Assembly: GCA_019057475.1 (NCBI GenBank)
Contig: DXJO01000011.1
Coordinates: 1 to 17,914 of the forward strand
DNA: 17,914 nt
Source: Candidatus Thorarchaeota archaeon
GTDB lineage: Archaea; Asgardarchaeota; Thorarchaeia; Thorarchaeales; Thorarchaeaceae
Reading direction: 5' to 3'
Positions 16,453-17,914 of the stretch are shown here, one piece after another. Both the position numbers and the translations under genes were made by a program. The notes beneath the pieces are model-generated. The model did not search any database. It had not been told where the DNA came from and was given only the letters and a program-made list of their open reading frames with translations. Every line of letters begins with the position of its first letter. Within the stretch, counting starts at the first letter, position 1.

Positions 16453-17175
16453 ATGACAAAGCATTGTAAAAATTCGGAAACTTCCTATGAACCCATCAGG
16501 TCTTACGCTTTTGGATTTCACGAACGTGTGCTCAGGGAGAAATGGTCTGAGAACAAGGGCTTCTGTCGAGACTGGATTGACATGCAAAACAATCTGACAA
16601 GCTTGTGGCATTCGTTGGCGACGTCGGTAGACAAAGAATACCTCCTGTCACAAGTTACTTATCATCGATTTCTTGAACTGCTTCGCAGCCTCAGGTGGCA
16701 CATGACTGCCGTGTTCAGTGGCGCTTACGAGTCTGCTATCCGTAATCTGAGGTTTGTTTTTGAAGACATGTGCCAAGCAGTCTATCTCGATCAATCCTTC
16801 GGACACCTAGAGCCCGAAGAGAGATATAAGAAAATCCGAGGAGAGGGCCGGCTTAGGGGTAGAAAGCTTATTTGCAAGCTTGATCTACCTTCGAATAGCG
16901 AAAAGCAACTCGTGGAACTATACAGAAACCTGTGTGACTATGTTCATCCAAGCTACAAGCTTCTCATGGAGTTATTCGAAGATTTCAAGATTTCTTTCTC
17001 CTACAATGAAGAGTGGTTCCTGAATGCTCAGTCCTTCCATCGACGGACATGCGACGCAGTCTTCTACTTAGTCTTGAGAGCGTTCCCTCAAATTCAATCA
17101 ATTTTCTTCGACAAGCCGTGTGTGCTTCAATCTCTAAGAGAGATGTCATGCTTATTGACTTTGAGCCTTGTCTGA
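16453..17175 (+). CDS. DUF5677/Cthe_2314-like all-helical (HEPN-related) protein
   Basis: SGAYESAIRNLRFVFEDMCQAVYL and LYRNLCDYVHPS match the G.y..A...lR...E and Y..L...vHp motifs; ATG 16453 preferred. Confidence 0.65.
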   Translation: MTKHCKNSETSYEPIRSYAFGFHERVLREKWSENKGFCRDWIDMQNNLTSLWHSLATSVDKEYLLSQVTYHRFLELLRSLRWHMTAVFSGAYESAIRNLRFVFEDMCQAVYLDQSFGHLEPEERYKKIRGEGRLRGRKLICKLDLPSNSEKQLVELYRNLCDYVHPSYKLLMELFEDFKISFSYNEEWFLNAQSFHRRTCDAVFYLVLRAFPQIQSIFFDKPCVLQSLREMSCLLTLSLV

Positions 17176-17232
17176 GTCGTCTTCAGCGCATGCTTGAAAG
17201 TGGGTTGCTAAGAGTTTCGGCGCCGGAACTTC

Positions 17233-17415
17233 CTAATCTTCTAAATAAACTTCTATGTAACCACAAACATTGCATTTGCAGATGACTGCTGTTTTTCCTT
17301 TTAATTCAGGGGGAATCAGAGGAATTAAAGGTATACCTACGATAGGCTGAACCAAAAGCTTCTCCATTTTACACTTTCTGCATTTTTGACAATTTGACCC
17401 AATCGAATTACTCAC
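17233..17415 (-). CDS. Small Zn-ribbon protein
   Basis: CQKC...CNVCGYIEVY; GGAGGTGA RBS upstream of the GTG start. Confidence 0.75.
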   Translation of the reverse strand: MSNSIGSNCQKCRKCKMEKLLVQPIVGIPLIPLIPPELKGKTAVICKCNVCGYIEVYLED

Positions 17416-17769
17416 AATATCACCTCCTACAACTTGACTCTTAATATCAGTAATTCAGCGGTTCTTGATCGGTGAACGTCCTAATATGCTGTGAATATGA
17501 GTGACCTAATGACCCATCTTATCTGCGGAGCCTCTCCCGCATCACTTCAAGCTGGGGAATTCGTTTGACCTTCTCCGCTGCTTTGAGGTCTCCCCCCTCG
17601 GCGGTACAAGCTGCGTATGTAGACCAATGGTCGTTACGACATATGATGTAGCATCCATATAAGGAAGCCATTGAAGGGATGAAACCCAGGCTGCTTGCGC
17701 CACGCCTCCTAGATATTCTTTCAGTATTGTTATTGAAGTGATGTTCACCTCAGACCACAGGTCCATACC

Positions 17770-17785
17770 CTTTCCACGTGGAAAG
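17770..17785. promoter_or_regulatory. Perfect 16-bp palindrome CTTTCCACGTGGAAAG
   Basis: Begins immediately after the stop codon of the 17786-17914 gene; shares TTCCACGTGGAAAGT with 16349-16363. Confidence 0.55.
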
Positions 17786-17914
17786 TCAGCCTGTTTGCTC
17801 TGTGCCCTCATAACACTTCTTGCATAGGCGGAGCCTGTATCTCTCGCTGTCCTCTTCAGCCTCAGTTGCGTCATCACACTTCGTGCAAACATATCGGAGG
17901 AACAATCTAGTCGA
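17786..17914 (-). CDS. C-terminal part of a Zn-finger protein (enters from window end)
   Basis: STRLFLRYVCTKCDDATEAEEDSERYRLRLCKKCYEGTEQTG*; two CxxC pairs; different frame from the ORF-track call. Confidence 0.6.
   Translation of the reverse strand, partial: STRLFLRYVCTKCDDATEAEEDSERYRLRLCKKCYEGTEQTG

Noticed and set aside
17542-17892. ORF 17542-17892 (-) as a real 116-aa gene
   Set aside because: A different frame gives a clear two-CxxC protein ending at 17786, followed by a palindrome; the listed ORF looks like a composite.

Overview
Archaeal accessory region. An Asgard/Thorarchaeia-like origin is inferred from gene content, TATA-type promoters and GGTGA/GGAGG ribosome-binding sites. The left third (586-6824) holds candidate anti-phage/conflict effectors: a stand-alone RibD-like deaminase fused to TPR-like helices, a HEPN-type RNase, a PD-(D/E)XK nuclease and an HExxH M48/Lit-like peptidase. 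The rest mixes membrane/surface genes (PrcB-C, YCF48/BNR propeller, NosD-like beta-helix sensor) with many gene relics absent from the ORF track (UDG, TIR, RHH, wHTH, Zn fingers, an IS200/IS605 end). The most striking feature is a ~170-nt non-coding element present twice in inverted orientation (8125-8291 on +, 11790-11961 on -). It has a 52/53-nt identical core and three conserved hairpins/palindromes, with one compensatory change and G-U-compatible changes, and it brackets a ~3.5-kb surface-protein cassette. Several genes carry a single in-frame stop followed by plausible continued coding. No integrase, transposase, tRNA, rRNA or CRISPR array was seen. All family calls are motif recognition by eye, not database results.
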